Below, piece by piece: positions 28,913 through 38,181 of a stretch of DNA of 64,000 nucleotides. Every line of letters starts with the position of its first letter. Position 1 is the stretch's first letter. A program made the position numbers and the translations under genes. The notes under the pieces were generated by a model. That model searched no databases and was not told where the DNA came from. It saw only the letters and a list, made by a program, of their open reading frames with translations. The DNA lies in sequence record NC_041975.1, one strand, 5' to 3'.

Positions 28913-28930
28913 CACCCTGGCTTTATGCCG
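28902..28930 (+). terminator. Hairpin plus TTATGCCG element
   Basis: AGCCAGGG-gtaaca-CCCTGGCT-TTATGCCG. Confidence 0.7.
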
Positions 28931-28950
28931 GTTTAACGAGGACGTGTAAC

Positions 28951-29406
28951 ATGGAATCGAGCGGTTTGATTACGCTGGCAATGGTCTTTTTAACCTTCGT
29001 CATTGGGTTATGTTGTTGGCTGACGCGTTTCATACGCTATCACACCAACCGCTACACCGTTGACACCAAGAAGGCGTTAAAGCAATTTGCCTGCAAGCTT
29101 GAACGAGTACTGGATGTCCCGCAGCCGTATTCGCTGGCACAAAGCGAAATGACAAGGCTGGATAATGAACTGAACGCTTCTCTCTTCCTCTTTGAAGAGA
29201 TCACAGGGAAGATCCACGATGAAACCAGTCGACTGTACCTGGAGTCAAGTTTCATGGTGGTGCGCGGCACTCAACACGATACCCCGATTCGTATCTGTGT
29301 GGCGAACACAATCTTCAGCCTGTCAACGACTAACCACAATCACCACAGCGTCATGAAGGTCATCAACGACTTTAATAACCGCTTGGCTAAAATTGTAGAA
29401 AGTTAA
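28951..29406 (+). CDS. Membrane-anchored hypothetical protein
   Basis: N-terminal hydrophobic helix LITLAMVFLTFVIGLCCWL, GAGGA SD. Confidence 0.7.
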   Translation: MESSGLITLAMVFLTFVIGLCCWLTRFIRYHTNRYTVDTKKALKQFACKLERVLDVPQPYSLAQSEMTRLDNELNASLFLFEEITGKIHDETSRLYLESSFMVVRGTQHDTPIRICVANTIFSLSTTNHNHHSVMKVINDFNNRLAKIVES

Positions 29407-29411
29407 GCACA

Positions 29412-29444
29412 GAAAAACTCAGACCTATATCACGCCCGTGATAG
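29412..29444 (+). promoter_or_regulatory. Conserved 33-bp element, copy 3
   Basis: GAAAAACTCAGACCTATAT-N8-TGATAG. Confidence 0.75.
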
Positions 29445-29481
29445 ACCCCTCATCCCCCATTAATCTTAAGTGAGTTCAATC

Positions 29482-29922
29482 ATGAAATACGTTTACGCTA
29501 TTATCGCTGTTCTTGGTTTCTCTTTTGTGTCTGTTGCATTTGCTGCAGATCAAACCAAAGTGGTGAAAGGCTGGTACGCCGAATACAACACGGCTTCGGT
29601 CCTGTATTCTGCTGGGCCAAAGAAAGGACAAGAATTGACCATGGAATGTGTATTAGGTGGTTGGACGTTTGCGTATGCAGACAAGATGGGCGAGGAAGTA
29701 AACTCGGTCGATGATGACATGACAATCCTGGTCGACGGTGCAGCGTTTGCTGTGCCGAAGACTCAGGGTCAACGTGAGAAGTTATACGCAGCCATTCAGC
29801 ATGCTAAGAGTGGTATTCAATACAAAACCCACGCCTATGGTGCGTCGGTAGTATTCCCAGTGGATGGCTTGGCCGAGATGTTTCGTGACCTGCCGTTTGA
29901 AGTCAGCCCGTGCATGAGCTAA
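29482..29922 (+). CDS. Secreted/periplasmic protein with Sec signal peptide
   Basis: MKYVYAIIAVLGFSFVSVAFA-A is a classic signal peptide with an AFA cleavage site. Confidence 0.7.
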   Translation: MKYVYAIIAVLGFSFVSVAFAADQTKVVKGWYAEYNTASVLYSAGPKKGQELTMECVLGGWTFAYADKMGEEVNSVDDDMTILVDGAAFAVPKTQGQREKLYAAIQHAKSGIQYKTHAYGASVVFPVDGLAEMFRDLPFEVSPCMS

Positions 29923-29938
29923 AAGGAAAACAATTGTG

Positions 29939-30637
29939 ATGACTCCTACCAAACAAATTAAACGCAGCTACCGTCTGATCAAAGTGACTGCCGATGTAAC
30001 ACGGGATAACTGGGTCGGGAAAGACATCGACTTCATTGTTCAGTCCAATAAAGACATGATCGGTGACACCACACGTGGTGGACCTAATCGCATGCTCGCG
30101 ACATACATCGTGCTGGGTAACCGCATACCTGTAACCGTTAACAGCCATGCGACCATTACCCGGGAAGAAGGCTTGCAGGATCTGCAGGTTAGTATTGTCG
30201 ATGGTCAGTCAAACTACATTGACATCAGTAATGTGCGTTACGTTGTGTCGTGTGAGTTAGAAGAGCACTTCACCTACACCCCACCAAAAGAACCTTCGCT
30301 ACTTGATCAGCTGGTTGGCGGACCAATGGGTGACCCAACCCATATGTTCATTATCGATGAAAACTATAACGTCTTTGTCGGTACAGCGAACGATTCACAG
30401 GAAGATTATGCCTTGGCTGGTCGTCTGATCAGTAACCTCGGTTCTCATGATGCTGAAGCTAATGATTTGGAGATTATCGGCAGTTATCCTGATGACCAAG
30501 GTGACCACTACTACGTCTCCATTGATTGGAACAAGTCATTCATTTCCGGGATTTCCAACAACGAGAAATGCGAATGGTTTAACCAACTCGATGCACTGGT
30601 AGCAATGTTGCTGGAAAAGATTAAAGTTACAGTGTAA
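29939..30637 (+). CDS. Hypothetical protein
   Basis: About 232 aa with an AAGGA SD. Confidence 0.7.
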   Translation: MTPTKQIKRSYRLIKVTADVTRDNWVGKDIDFIVQSNKDMIGDTTRGGPNRMLATYIVLGNRIPVTVNSHATITREEGLQDLQVSIVDGQSNYIDISNVRYVVSCELEEHFTYTPPKEPSLLDQLVGGPMGDPTHMFIIDENYNVFVGTANDSQEDYALAGRLISNLGSHDAEANDLEIIGSYPDDQGDHYYVSIDWNKSFISGISNNEKCEWFNQLDALVAMLLEKIKVTV

Positions 30638-30645
30638 GTAATATC

Positions 30646-30678
30646 AGGCAGGGGGACTACTCTCTGCCTTTATTTTTT
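30646..30678 (+). terminator. Intrinsic terminator
   Basis: AGGCAGGG...CTCTGCCT plus TTTATTTTTT. Confidence 0.7.
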
Positions 30679-30749
30679 GTGGTATTCTGCCACAGAAAAC
30701 TACTGGCCATACTGTCAGTAGTATTCACTCAATAGACTGCGAGGAATAA

Positions 30750-31310
30750 ATGATGTTTGATAAAATTGAAGGATTGGCTGATGTGATTGAGCTGAAGTAC
30801 GGCTTGCTTGATATCACCTATCACCGCGATAACGACAAAGACCTCTATGTCGATGTCTTTTATAAAGACACACGCTTGTCAAGCCGGCGTGACATGACCG
30901 ATGCCCTGGACTACGCTTATATCGGTGTGCGGTTGTGTAACCCTCAGTTCGGTGCCTGGTGTTATGGTGCTGAGCGTGAGTTGGTCATGTCGCATTTAAT
31001 GGACGCATTGAGAATGGTGGGTAAGCCTGCACCCAGGGCGGTTGAAGACTCACGGTTAAAGACAGGGATTCATCGTACCATTCAGCTACTTGCCGAGAAC
31101 GGTAACCTGCATCCGAAAGAAGATGATATCCGCATCACGATCCATCGTGCAGCACGAGTGGACTACGGTTCATCAGATACCATCGAAACAACCATCAGCA
31201 TGACCAACCACGATATTACTATTAGTAAGCGACGGATTGAGTGTGTCAGTGGTGAGATGCGGGATTTACAAGCATGGGCGCGTAAGTTATATGCGAGACA
31301 CTTTGAATAA
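30750..31310 (+). CDS. Hypothetical protein
   Basis: 186 aa with a GAGGA SD. Confidence 0.7.
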   Translation: MMFDKIEGLADVIELKYGLLDITYHRDNDKDLYVDVFYKDTRLSSRRDMTDALDYAYIGVRLCNPQFGAWCYGAERELVMSHLMDALRMVGKPAPRAVEDSRLKTGIHRTIQLLAENGNLHPKEDDIRITIHRAARVDYGSSDTIETTISMTNHDITISKRRIECVSGEMRDLQAWARKLYARHFE

Positions 31311-31320
31311 CGAGGTAGCT

Positions 31321-31722
31321 ATGGGTAGTGCGTACTGTAAGGTTGTGGCAATCCACAGCATCTATGTACACAGTGCAGCGATGGAAGCGGTATCCGCTAA
31401 ATACAGGAGCTGTTTTCGTTTGGCGTATAACTTCGTGAATGCCACGCAGTTAGCCCAACAGCTACGGCTTGCCGTGAAGAACAGCGAAATCCTGATTGTT
31501 GATACCAGTGACTTTACTCGCCGGGCACTTAACAATCTTAATGAGCAGTTCTACTGCATCTATCCGGGTGAGGAACAACATTCCGATATGTCAATCAAGC
31601 ATCAGCGTAACTGTCGCATGACGCCTGACTGTATTCATATCGAAATTCAAAACCTCAGCGACTTTGAGCGCTTAAACTGGGAAATTCGACCCGATGCAGG
31701 GTTAAGGATATCACGCCGTTAG
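31321..31722 (+). CDS. Hypothetical protein
   Basis: GAGG SD before ATG at 31321. Confidence 0.65.
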   Translation: MGSAYCKVVAIHSIYVHSAAMEAVSAKYRSCFRLAYNFVNATQLAQQLRLAVKNSEILIVDTSDFTRRALNNLNEQFYCIYPGEEQHSDMSIKHQRNCRMTPDCIHIEIQNLSDFERLNWEIRPDAGLRISRR

Positions 31723-31724
31723 AA

Positions 31725-31770
31725 CGGCATATAGGCCCTCCATTACGGAGGGCCTTTTATGACATCTTTT
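31725..31770. terminator. Bidirectional hairpin with octamer variants at a convergent junction
   Basis: CGGCATAT-AGGCCCTCC-attac-GGAGGGCCT-TTTATGAC plus T tract. Confidence 0.75.
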
Positions 31771-31787
31771 TTTTTTGGTTTACAGCG

Positions 31788-32165
31788 TTATACCAGGCGC
31801 TGAGTTAGCTGCGAACTATATTGAATAGCGTGATAGGTCGCAGGTTTCTCAAGCTGCTCGGTGCAGCGGTAGACCGGGGTCTTCATAAAAGGACAACCGG
31901 CATTCATTAATGCCTCACGGTTGCTGGGCGACTCATCCACGCGAATCACCACATCCGTGGACTGGAAGCCAAAGACTTCCCGCTTCGTTGCAGTATATTC
32001 TGCATCCAGCACCACGATCTTACGGTTGATCACCAGCTTCACGGCCACCGGGTATTTGATTACCAGGTCTGACCCTAAGCCCGCCAAGACAAACTTAATG
32101 ACAAACTTCTTAAGTCCATTTAGCAACTGACTCTCACTGGCCCAACTTTTAACAATCTGCAGCAT
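31788..32165 (-). CDS. Hypothetical protein (probably morphogenesis operon)
   Basis: About 125 aa from MLQIVK, co-oriented downstream of the chaperone-like genes. Confidence 0.6.
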   Translation of the reverse strand: MLQIVKSWASESQLLNGLKKFVIKFVLAGLGSDLVIKYPVAVKLVINRKIVVLDAEYTATKREVFGFQSTDVVIRVDESPSNREALMNAGCPFMKTPVYRCTEQLEKPATYHAIQYSSQLTQRLV

Positions 32166-32240
32166 GTGTGTATTTCCACTCATATAAGGGGAAGTTAAGA
32201 AAAGCAACCTGAGGGTCCGTCCGTGATCCCTCATAATGTA

Positions 32241-32705
32241 TTACTTCATACCGTCCAACTGCTTTTGAAGTTCCTTTAACTGACGGCTTGCATCCGGCGT
32301 CTCGGCGTCATGGTCTCTGATCGCTTCAATAAACGACTTCCGTTTGCAATAAGGATACTTCATCCATTTATCAAATGACAAACCAAATTTGCCCAAGATA
32401 TCCGCACGCAGATATTCGAGCTCATACTTTCGATACCCAACTAACGCCAGCGAGTCTTCCTGCTCGACCTGTAAGATTAACGAGAGCGGCGAGGTTTCCA
32501 CGTTATGGTCAATAATCCCAAACGTGTCATCGTAAAGCTCTGTTAATCGAATTAGTGGATACTCCCAGTTCTCGGTAAGAAACGTGGGGTTTTCTAACGC
32601 GACATCCCAGGCATCGGACCGATCACTTTCGGACAGACCGAAATCCCAATGGATTAGATGTCGGCTTGATCGAACGTCTGATTCAGTGTATTCGTCATTA
32701 GGGTA
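32241..32705 (-). CDS. -1-frame ORF, T4 gp51-like or T-domain-like, probably made as a frameshift fusion
   Basis: Open from the T8 run to 32241 with no ATG/GTG/TTG for about 68 codons before GTG 32501. The C-terminal GLSFDKWMKYPYCKRKSFIEAI resembles the small helical tail-chaperone T/gp51 pattern. Confidence 0.7.
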   Translation of the reverse strand, partial: YPNDEYTESDVRSSRHLIHWDFGLSESDRSDAWDVALENPTFLTENWEYPLIRLTELYDDTFGIIDHNVETSPLSLILQVEQEDSLALVGYRKYELEYLRADILGKFGLSFDKWMKYPYCKRKSFIEAIRDHDAETPDASRQLKELQKQLDGMK

Positions 32706-34273
32706 AAAAAAACCCGTGCTACGTTCAGCGGGGTGTACGCAGGGAAGGTGTTGCTAACCAGCGGTTGACGCGCCTGGCAGTTCGGGCATTTCCAACGCGG
32801 TACTGCGACCACACCGACCGTTACCCGGTTGATGAACTTGTTCAGCTCTTCAAAGAACGGTTTACGCATATCCGGGGTTGCACTGAATTGCTTCAGCAGC
32901 AATGCCACGTCATCGGCCGACTCAACATAGTTGCCATCGTTGAACTCGATCTTGGTCACCCAGTGGGCGTAACCACGCATGGAGGACAGCGCTGCCTGTT
33001 TGTTGATGTGCTGCTCACGCTGCTCACGCGTCATGCTGTCGTTGAAGCTGTCGGTGATCGCTTGTTGAATGCCGTTGATCCAGGCATAACCCGCTGCATT
33101 CTTATCTTCGAGTGATGGCACCCGCAGATAGAACTTCACATCTTTCACAGTGATGACATTGTCTTTCATCACTTCAAAGCCGGTCTGATAGGCAATGACC
33201 TGCTCGACGGTACGGCCGCTGAAGTGAGACATGTGCGCACGCTGGGTTGGTGACAGGCGATTGTTGTCAATGATCGACAGACGAGAGACGTTAACTTTCG
33301 CTGCTTCAACATGCACACACTTCTTCGGATCGGCGGCACAGGCAGTAACCATGTGGTAGCCAGACTTAAAGCGTGCACCCAGGTAGGCGTTAGCGATCAG
33401 ATCGAGATCCTGCTCTTTGATTAACGGCAGCAGGGTTTTCTTATCGGAGACACCGATGCTGCTGTCGGTGACCATACCCAGCAGGAAGTCAGTCATGTGT
33501 TTACGCACCACGACATCCAGGTTGTTAAACACCAGACCGTTGGTACGACGACCGAGGATCGCTTTCTCAGCCATGATGGCGGTTTGCATATCCACAAACT
33601 CATCATCACCGGCAATCAGCAACGTAACCCAGATACCAGAATGTGGCAGCGGCAGATGGACATAGTCACCCATGTTCATCACACCACGTGCCCGCATCAC
33701 TGCCTGTGGACCGGTCAGCAGTTTAGTACCTTCGGTACTGCGCTTCACTGGCGGGCGAGAAACACCCTGCACTTTGTTGCTGTCAAGCAGAATACCCTGC
33801 AGCCACTGCGCGCCATCTTGACGAATGGTCAGGTTCAGACCAGAACGGTACGACAGGTTGGTGATGGCGTTACTGGCCAGGGATAGCCAGATCATCGCTT
33901 TATCAGCACCGTACAGACTGACGATCTCTTTTAAGATCTTCTTGTCTTCGGTGTTGGTGTCGATCTCATTGATCAGCGCCGTCGCTGCATCGTAATCCTG
34001 ATGCATAATAGACAGCACACCTTCCGTGCCGACATCCTCCATGGAATTCAGCTTTTCAATGATCGGGTTCTGATAGAGCGGATCGAACGCCTGCTCAACG
34101 GCTTCAACTTCAGGTGCTTCAGCTTCGCCCTGTTGGCCGGTTTCTGCTGGCTCGGGATCGGTGCCAATAGTACCAGTAGTCGCCGGACGGCCTGGATCAA
34201 CTTCAGGAATACCAGAATGGTTTTCTTCAACAGGCTCTTGCTGTGACAGAATGGATGGGTTATCACCGGACAT
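32654..34273 (-). CDS. T4 gp26-like baseplate hub or tail assembly chaperone (phiKZ gp77 position)
   Basis: 539 aa with an acidic N-terminus, D.DL......G......C....C.H and CPNC; ends ...ARVFFTLM... Confidence 0.6.
   Translation of the reverse strand: MSGDNPSILSQQEPVEENHSGIPEVDPGRPATTGTIGTDPEPAETGQQGEAEAPEVEAVEQAFDPLYQNPIIEKLNSMEDVGTEGVLSIMHQDYDAATALINEIDTNTEDKKILKEIVSLYGADKAMIWLSLASNAITNLSYRSGLNLTIRQDGAQWLQGILLDSNKVQGVSRPPVKRSTEGTKLLTGPQAVMRARGVMNMGDYVHLPLPHSGIWVTLLIAGDDEFVDMQTAIMAEKAILGRRTNGLVFNNLDVVVRKHMTDFLLGMVTDSSIGVSDKKTLLPLIKEQDLDLIANAYLGARFKSGYHMVTACAADPKKCVHVEAAKVNVSRLSIIDNNRLSPTQRAHMSHFSGRTVEQVIAYQTGFEVMKDNVITVKDVKFYLRVPSLEDKNAAGYAWINGIQQAITDSFNDSMTREQREQHINKQAALSSMRGYAHWVTKIEFNDGNYVESADDVALLLKQFSATPDMRKPFFEELNKFINRVTVGVVAVPRWKCPNCQARQPLVSNTFPAYTPLNVARVFFTLMTNTLNQTFDQADI
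32705..32715 (-). other. Candidate -1 ribosomal slippery site
   Basis: The minus strand reads CGG GTT TTT TTT ACC, giving an in-frame T TTT TTT heptamer 16 sense codons before the upstream ORF stop. Confidence 0.7.
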
Positions 34274-34290
34274 TATGCTTATCCTTACCT

Positions 34291-34758
34291 TTACTTTTTA
34301 GTGGGGTCGACCTGAACCGGGTCATTGAGTTTGCTTGCTGCGCCAGCGGCAACCGCGTTAGCATGGGCGCTGTCTGACATGGTCAGAATGGCAGCACCGT
34401 GACGTTGCATCGCATCCAGCAATTTACTCTGCAGGACGATGTATTGTTCGTGCACACTGAGGAAGTCAGCGATGGTGCTGTCATGCAAGGCATAGCCGGT
34501 TTTGCCTTGATGCTGCTGCTTGATCATCGGCAGTGTTTCATCGATCTCTTTGACTACAGCCAGCGCCGCTTCGATGTGCGAGCTTAACGCAGAGGGGTTT
34601 GGCTGAAAGCGAATGATGTTGGTGTTGACGGCCATGAGGCAAGTGTTGCTCAGCTCATTGCGCAAATTAATCGTATAAGTTGCCGCAGAATCCAGGTACT
34701 CCCAGAACTGATCGGGCTGATGGACCTCTGGTGCGAGAGGCGGTTCATTGGTTGACAT
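34291..34758 (-). CDS. Conserved helical hypothetical protein
   Basis: 155 aa with an AAGGA SD, first gene of the minus-strand operon. Confidence 0.7.
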   Translation of the reverse strand: MSTNEPPLAPEVHQPDQFWEYLDSAATYTINLRNELSNTCLMAVNTNIIRFQPNPSALSSHIEAALAVVKEIDETLPMIKQQHQGKTGYALHDSTIADFLSVHEQYIVLQSKLLDAMQRHGAAILTMSDSAHANAVAAGAASKLNDPVQVDPTKK

Positions 34759-34850
34759 AACGGGTCCTTGAGGTGATTTATCTTGTGGCTTACATATATT
34801 GACACTACTAATGTCAACAATTACAACGTTTATACGGAAAAGGCACGGTC

Positions 34851-35762
34851 ATGAGTGATTTTACTGACTTAACGAAATTGAAGACCGAATTACCACAAAA
34901 CATCCAAAAGATTGATGAGCAGGATGATGTGGGTGACTTCAGCGATCTTAACGACTACCTCATGACCATCATTCCGGATGAACGGCGTGAGCGCTTGATC
35001 GCGATCTGTCAAAACTTGAGCACCCTGCAGTATCATCAAGTCCAGCCCGATGTGGATCGGTTACTGATGATGGCTAACGACGGTGAAGCACCTTCGGTAC
35101 TCGATGACTTGACCCGGTTGTTATTTGAACACGCTTATGACTTAACGAAAAACATGGGCTTTAACTGGGCTGATGAGATTGAGTTTGATCAGCTGTTCCT
35201 GCTCGGCGATGTAATCGAAGGCGCCATGTTGATTGATGGCATGGAAGACTACGGCGACCTCTCAGCGATCCTGGATGGTGATGACTCAGTTGAAGAGAAG
35301 GTGGTGGATATCTGGGGCCTGGTGCTCGACAAAGACATGCACCATCTCTTTGAACAGATCCAATCCATCGAACCGGCGGTGATCAGCGGGATCAAACAAG
35401 TCACGACCCGACCGTATGCCGAAGACGATTATGCGGATGTACAGCGCCCACTTGAGTTCGTGGTTGAGCGCTTGGTGAAAGTCCGTGAAATGATGAAGAC
35501 CGATGGCATCGCTTACCAGCACGTGGCCAAGGGTGGTGCCTTAGGCGTTGAGCTCGATTCACTGATCACGCTCTACACCCCTGAGTTGAATGCCGTGACC
35601 GATCCGATCGAACTGACGGACCTGCTGGTTGCCTTTACCCTGATCAGCAACACCCCAGATGGTTTGGTGAAATCCACCGCATCCCGGCTGGCAGAAAAAT
35701 GGATTGATGATATCGAAGTCATCAATGTGGTAGGTAAACATATCGACAGGTATCCCGTGTGA
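34851..35762 (+). CDS. Acidic virion-associated protein (phiKZ gp79 position)
   Basis: 303 aa, directly upstream of and overlapping vRNAP beta'-C. Confidence 0.6.
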   Translation: MSDFTDLTKLKTELPQNIQKIDEQDDVGDFSDLNDYLMTIIPDERRERLIAICQNLSTLQYHQVQPDVDRLLMMANDGEAPSVLDDLTRLLFEHAYDLTKNMGFNWADEIEFDQLFLLGDVIEGAMLIDGMEDYGDLSAILDGDDSVEEKVVDIWGLVLDKDMHHLFEQIQSIEPAVISGIKQVTTRPYAEDDYADVQRPLEFVVERLVKVREMMKTDGIAYQHVAKGGALGVELDSLITLYTPELNAVTDPIELTDLLVAFTLISNTPDGLVKSTASRLAEKWIDDIEVINVVGKHIDRYPV

Positions 35763-37069
35763 ATATTCGCGACTATTTAATCATGGCCTTTCGGGCAGGG
35801 GCTTACAAGCAACGCCAGTGGGTGTTGAGTGTCATGAGTATCACCCAGACCCCGGATGGTAAATCCGTAGCAGACAGTATGATCCCGTATCAGGCACACC
35901 GCATCAACATCGGCGCGACCCTTGATTGGGCCTACTGGGACGACTTCAACAAAACCTTTGTGCCGATTGAGGGAGTGGATGTTAACTTCCCGTTGTTTCG
36001 ACCCGAGGATCAATACACACTACAACCTGGGGATTTCGCCAATGTCACTGAAGAAGTTACTACTACTTTCGGCCGTATTCTGGCTAACCATTATTATTTT
36101 ATCGATGTGGTCGGTGAACGTGTCCCCTTTCAGAACGTAGAATTCAACCGCGGGATGCTGGAGAAGATCTACAAGGCCCGGGTATTAGAAGATGCCCAGG
36201 ACTTGCGGCGCTCTGATCCGTTCTACCTGACCGTTGATGAATTCAAACGCTCAGTGGATAATGGCTTTGCCTTGGGTGGGTTGTCGAAACTTTGTGTGCC
36301 GACTGCTTGTCCGGAAACCATGTATCCGCCGAAGTTCATCATCGAGATGCGTGACCGTCTGTTTGAAGAACACAAGGATGAGCTCAACAACCCGGTCGTC
36401 ATGGGACGTATTCAGGATGAGCTGTTAAAGCACTACCGTGAGTTCCTAATGTCCACCCCGTCAGCCAAGTTCTTTGTGATCAAGAAGACCATCGACCAGG
36501 CCTTCAACAACATGTTCTTGACCGGTGGTATTGCGGGGGCTTTTGGTGGCAACACGGTTATTACCAACTCGCTGTACGAAGGCTGGAACCTGAAGAACTT
36601 CCCAGCGTTAGTGAATGGCTCTATCGAAGCTTCCTTTGACCGTGGTGCAGCTACAGCTGATGGCGGCGAGAAAGTGAAGATGTTGATCCGTGCCACGCAG
36701 AACATCCGTATCACCGATGATGATTGCGGAACCCAGCTCGGGGTGCCGTGGGTGATTGAAGATGCCGGCAAGGCACGCTTCATTAACTCTTACATACTGG
36801 ATAAGGGTGTGACGATCCTGTTAACCCCGGAGAACATCGATAAGTTCGTCGGCAAGCCAGTCATGACCCGGTCACCTAGCTTCTGTAAGAAATCCCATGG
36901 CGACTCCTGTAAGTTCTGTGTCGGTGCGCATAACGCCACCAACCCACGCGGGATGTCTTCCGGTACCTCGAAGATCGGTTCTACCCTGATGCTCTTGAGC
37001 ATGAAAGCGATGCATAAAGGCAGTAAGATCGATCTGATCGAGTATAACCTTGATGAGGTATTTAACTGA
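35759..37069 (+). CDS. Virion RNA polymerase beta' C-half (phiKZ gp80-like)
   Basis: Motifs SFDRGAATADGG, DDCGT, RSPSFC...C..CVG and LSMKAMH. Confidence 0.85.
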   Translation: MNIRDYLIMAFRAGAYKQRQWVLSVMSITQTPDGKSVADSMIPYQAHRINIGATLDWAYWDDFNKTFVPIEGVDVNFPLFRPEDQYTLQPGDFANVTEEVTTTFGRILANHYYFIDVVGERVPFQNVEFNRGMLEKIYKARVLEDAQDLRRSDPFYLTVDEFKRSVDNGFALGGLSKLCVPTACPETMYPPKFIIEMRDRLFEEHKDELNNPVVMGRIQDELLKHYREFLMSTPSAKFFVIKKTIDQAFNNMFLTGGIAGAFGGNTVITNSLYEGWNLKNFPALVNGSIEASFDRGAATADGGEKVKMLIRATQNIRITDDDCGTQLGVPWVIEDAGKARFINSYILDKGVTILLTPENIDKFVGKPVMTRSPSFCKKSHGDSCKFCVGAHNATNPRGMSSGTSKIGSTLMLLSMKAMHKGSKIDLIEYNLDEVFN

Positions 37070-37079
37070 GGATATCTGA

Positions 37080-37091
37080 AACCTACATTAT
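37080..37091 (+). promoter_or_regulatory. Probable early promoter core
   Basis: AACCTACATTAT, 32 nt before the ATG at 37124. Confidence 0.5.
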
Positions 37092-37123
37092 AAGAGGGAG
37101 ATAACTTTTATAAGGAACGTACC

Positions 37124-37840
37124 ATGTATGGTTTATTAATCCTCGCCTTGCCTCAGTCACCGTACGTCCACATGAGTGCGATGACTGCGGACAGGTTTAC
37201 TGAACTGCTCCCACAACTCCAGAAAGAGCTCGATGCAGATATCTTTCCTAATGTGTGTTTCCAGGGTGCATTCAATGTCAGTAATACCCGTACGGTCACT
37301 CAGCTGTTTATTCCGTGTAGCGGATTGGTGGCGGCACGGGAGTTGGGGTATGAACAGATCCGCAATATTCTCGCCAACCCAGAGAAGGAAGTCCAGCATG
37401 TCACCAACATCGGTGATTGGCTGGGTATTCCTGGTAAGGTGATGTTTGATAATGCGGATGGATCTGTGGATGAGGTCGTTGTGACTGACATGTACAAATA
37501 TCTGGTACATGAAAGAAGAGAGCGCTCTGTCTTTCGGTTCAGTCCTATTGATCTTAGTATAACCGATACCGAACCATTACCAACTCACCTCTACCCACGT
37601 GATCATTTCTACGACCAGGTCTACCTCGATAAAGACGGTGAGCGTGCTTTCCTGTCTTACGGGTCGTGCGGTGAGGAAGGTTGTGTCATAGAACCCAGAG
37701 AAGAGAAACCCGTGCAAGTGTACGGCGTTACCTACTCGTCACTGGATGAAGTGGCCCGATGCTATAACCTGCCTGAGCAGTACGTGAAAGAACGCGTTGA
37801 GTCTGACAGCCTTGAATGGCTGGAGTGGTCATACTTGTAA
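37124..37840 (+). CDS. Protein with C-terminal NUMOD1/IENR1-like DNA-binding module; paralog of 41389
   Basis: C-terminal VYGVTYSSLDEVARCYNLPEQYVKERVES...W, and TNIGDWL shared with 41389. Confidence 0.6.
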   Translation: MYGLLILALPQSPYVHMSAMTADRFTELLPQLQKELDADIFPNVCFQGAFNVSNTRTVTQLFIPCSGLVAARELGYEQIRNILANPEKEVQHVTNIGDWLGIPGKVMFDNADGSVDEVVVTDMYKYLVHERRERSVFRFSPIDLSITDTEPLPTHLYPRDHFYDQVYLDKDGERAFLSYGSCGEEGCVIEPREEKPVQVYGVTYSSLDEVARCYNLPEQYVKERVESDSLEWLEWSYL

Positions 37841-37968
37841 AAGTATTTGGGGATGAGACGCAGAGCTGATTCCCATCTACGGTAAGTTGTTCAAGGAAGC
37901 AGCAAACCGGTTATAAAAAATGAAAGGGTTTTCGTAAGATAGTCAGTGCTCCGTACCCGAGACAATAC

Positions 37969-38166
37969 ATGACCACAAACCCGCAGTTTATTTTCGTGGC
38001 TCAGAATTCTGATGCTACACACAGCGTAGAGAAACTGGAAGTAGGACGCGATACCGATACCCAGAAGAACCTCACGGAACTTCGTAAAGGTTTGCCGTTC
38101 GACTTCTCGTTTATCATGTCTGAAGAGGCGATCTATCAACTTCGACAGGCAGGGCACATCAACTAA
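37969..38166 (+). CDS. Small hypothetical protein
   Basis: 65 aa directly upstream of the Tad2-like gene. Confidence 0.55.
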   Translation: MTTNPQFIFVAQNSDATHSVEKLEVGRDTDTQKNLTELRKGLPFDFSFIMSEEAIYQLRQAGHIN

Positions 38167-38181
38167 ACTGCTGAGGTAGTC

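Noticed and set aside
31480-31540. ILIVDTSDFTRRAL resembles a response-regulator receiver start
   Set aside because: It occurs mid-protein and no phospho-acceptor Asp or conserved Lys region is evident.
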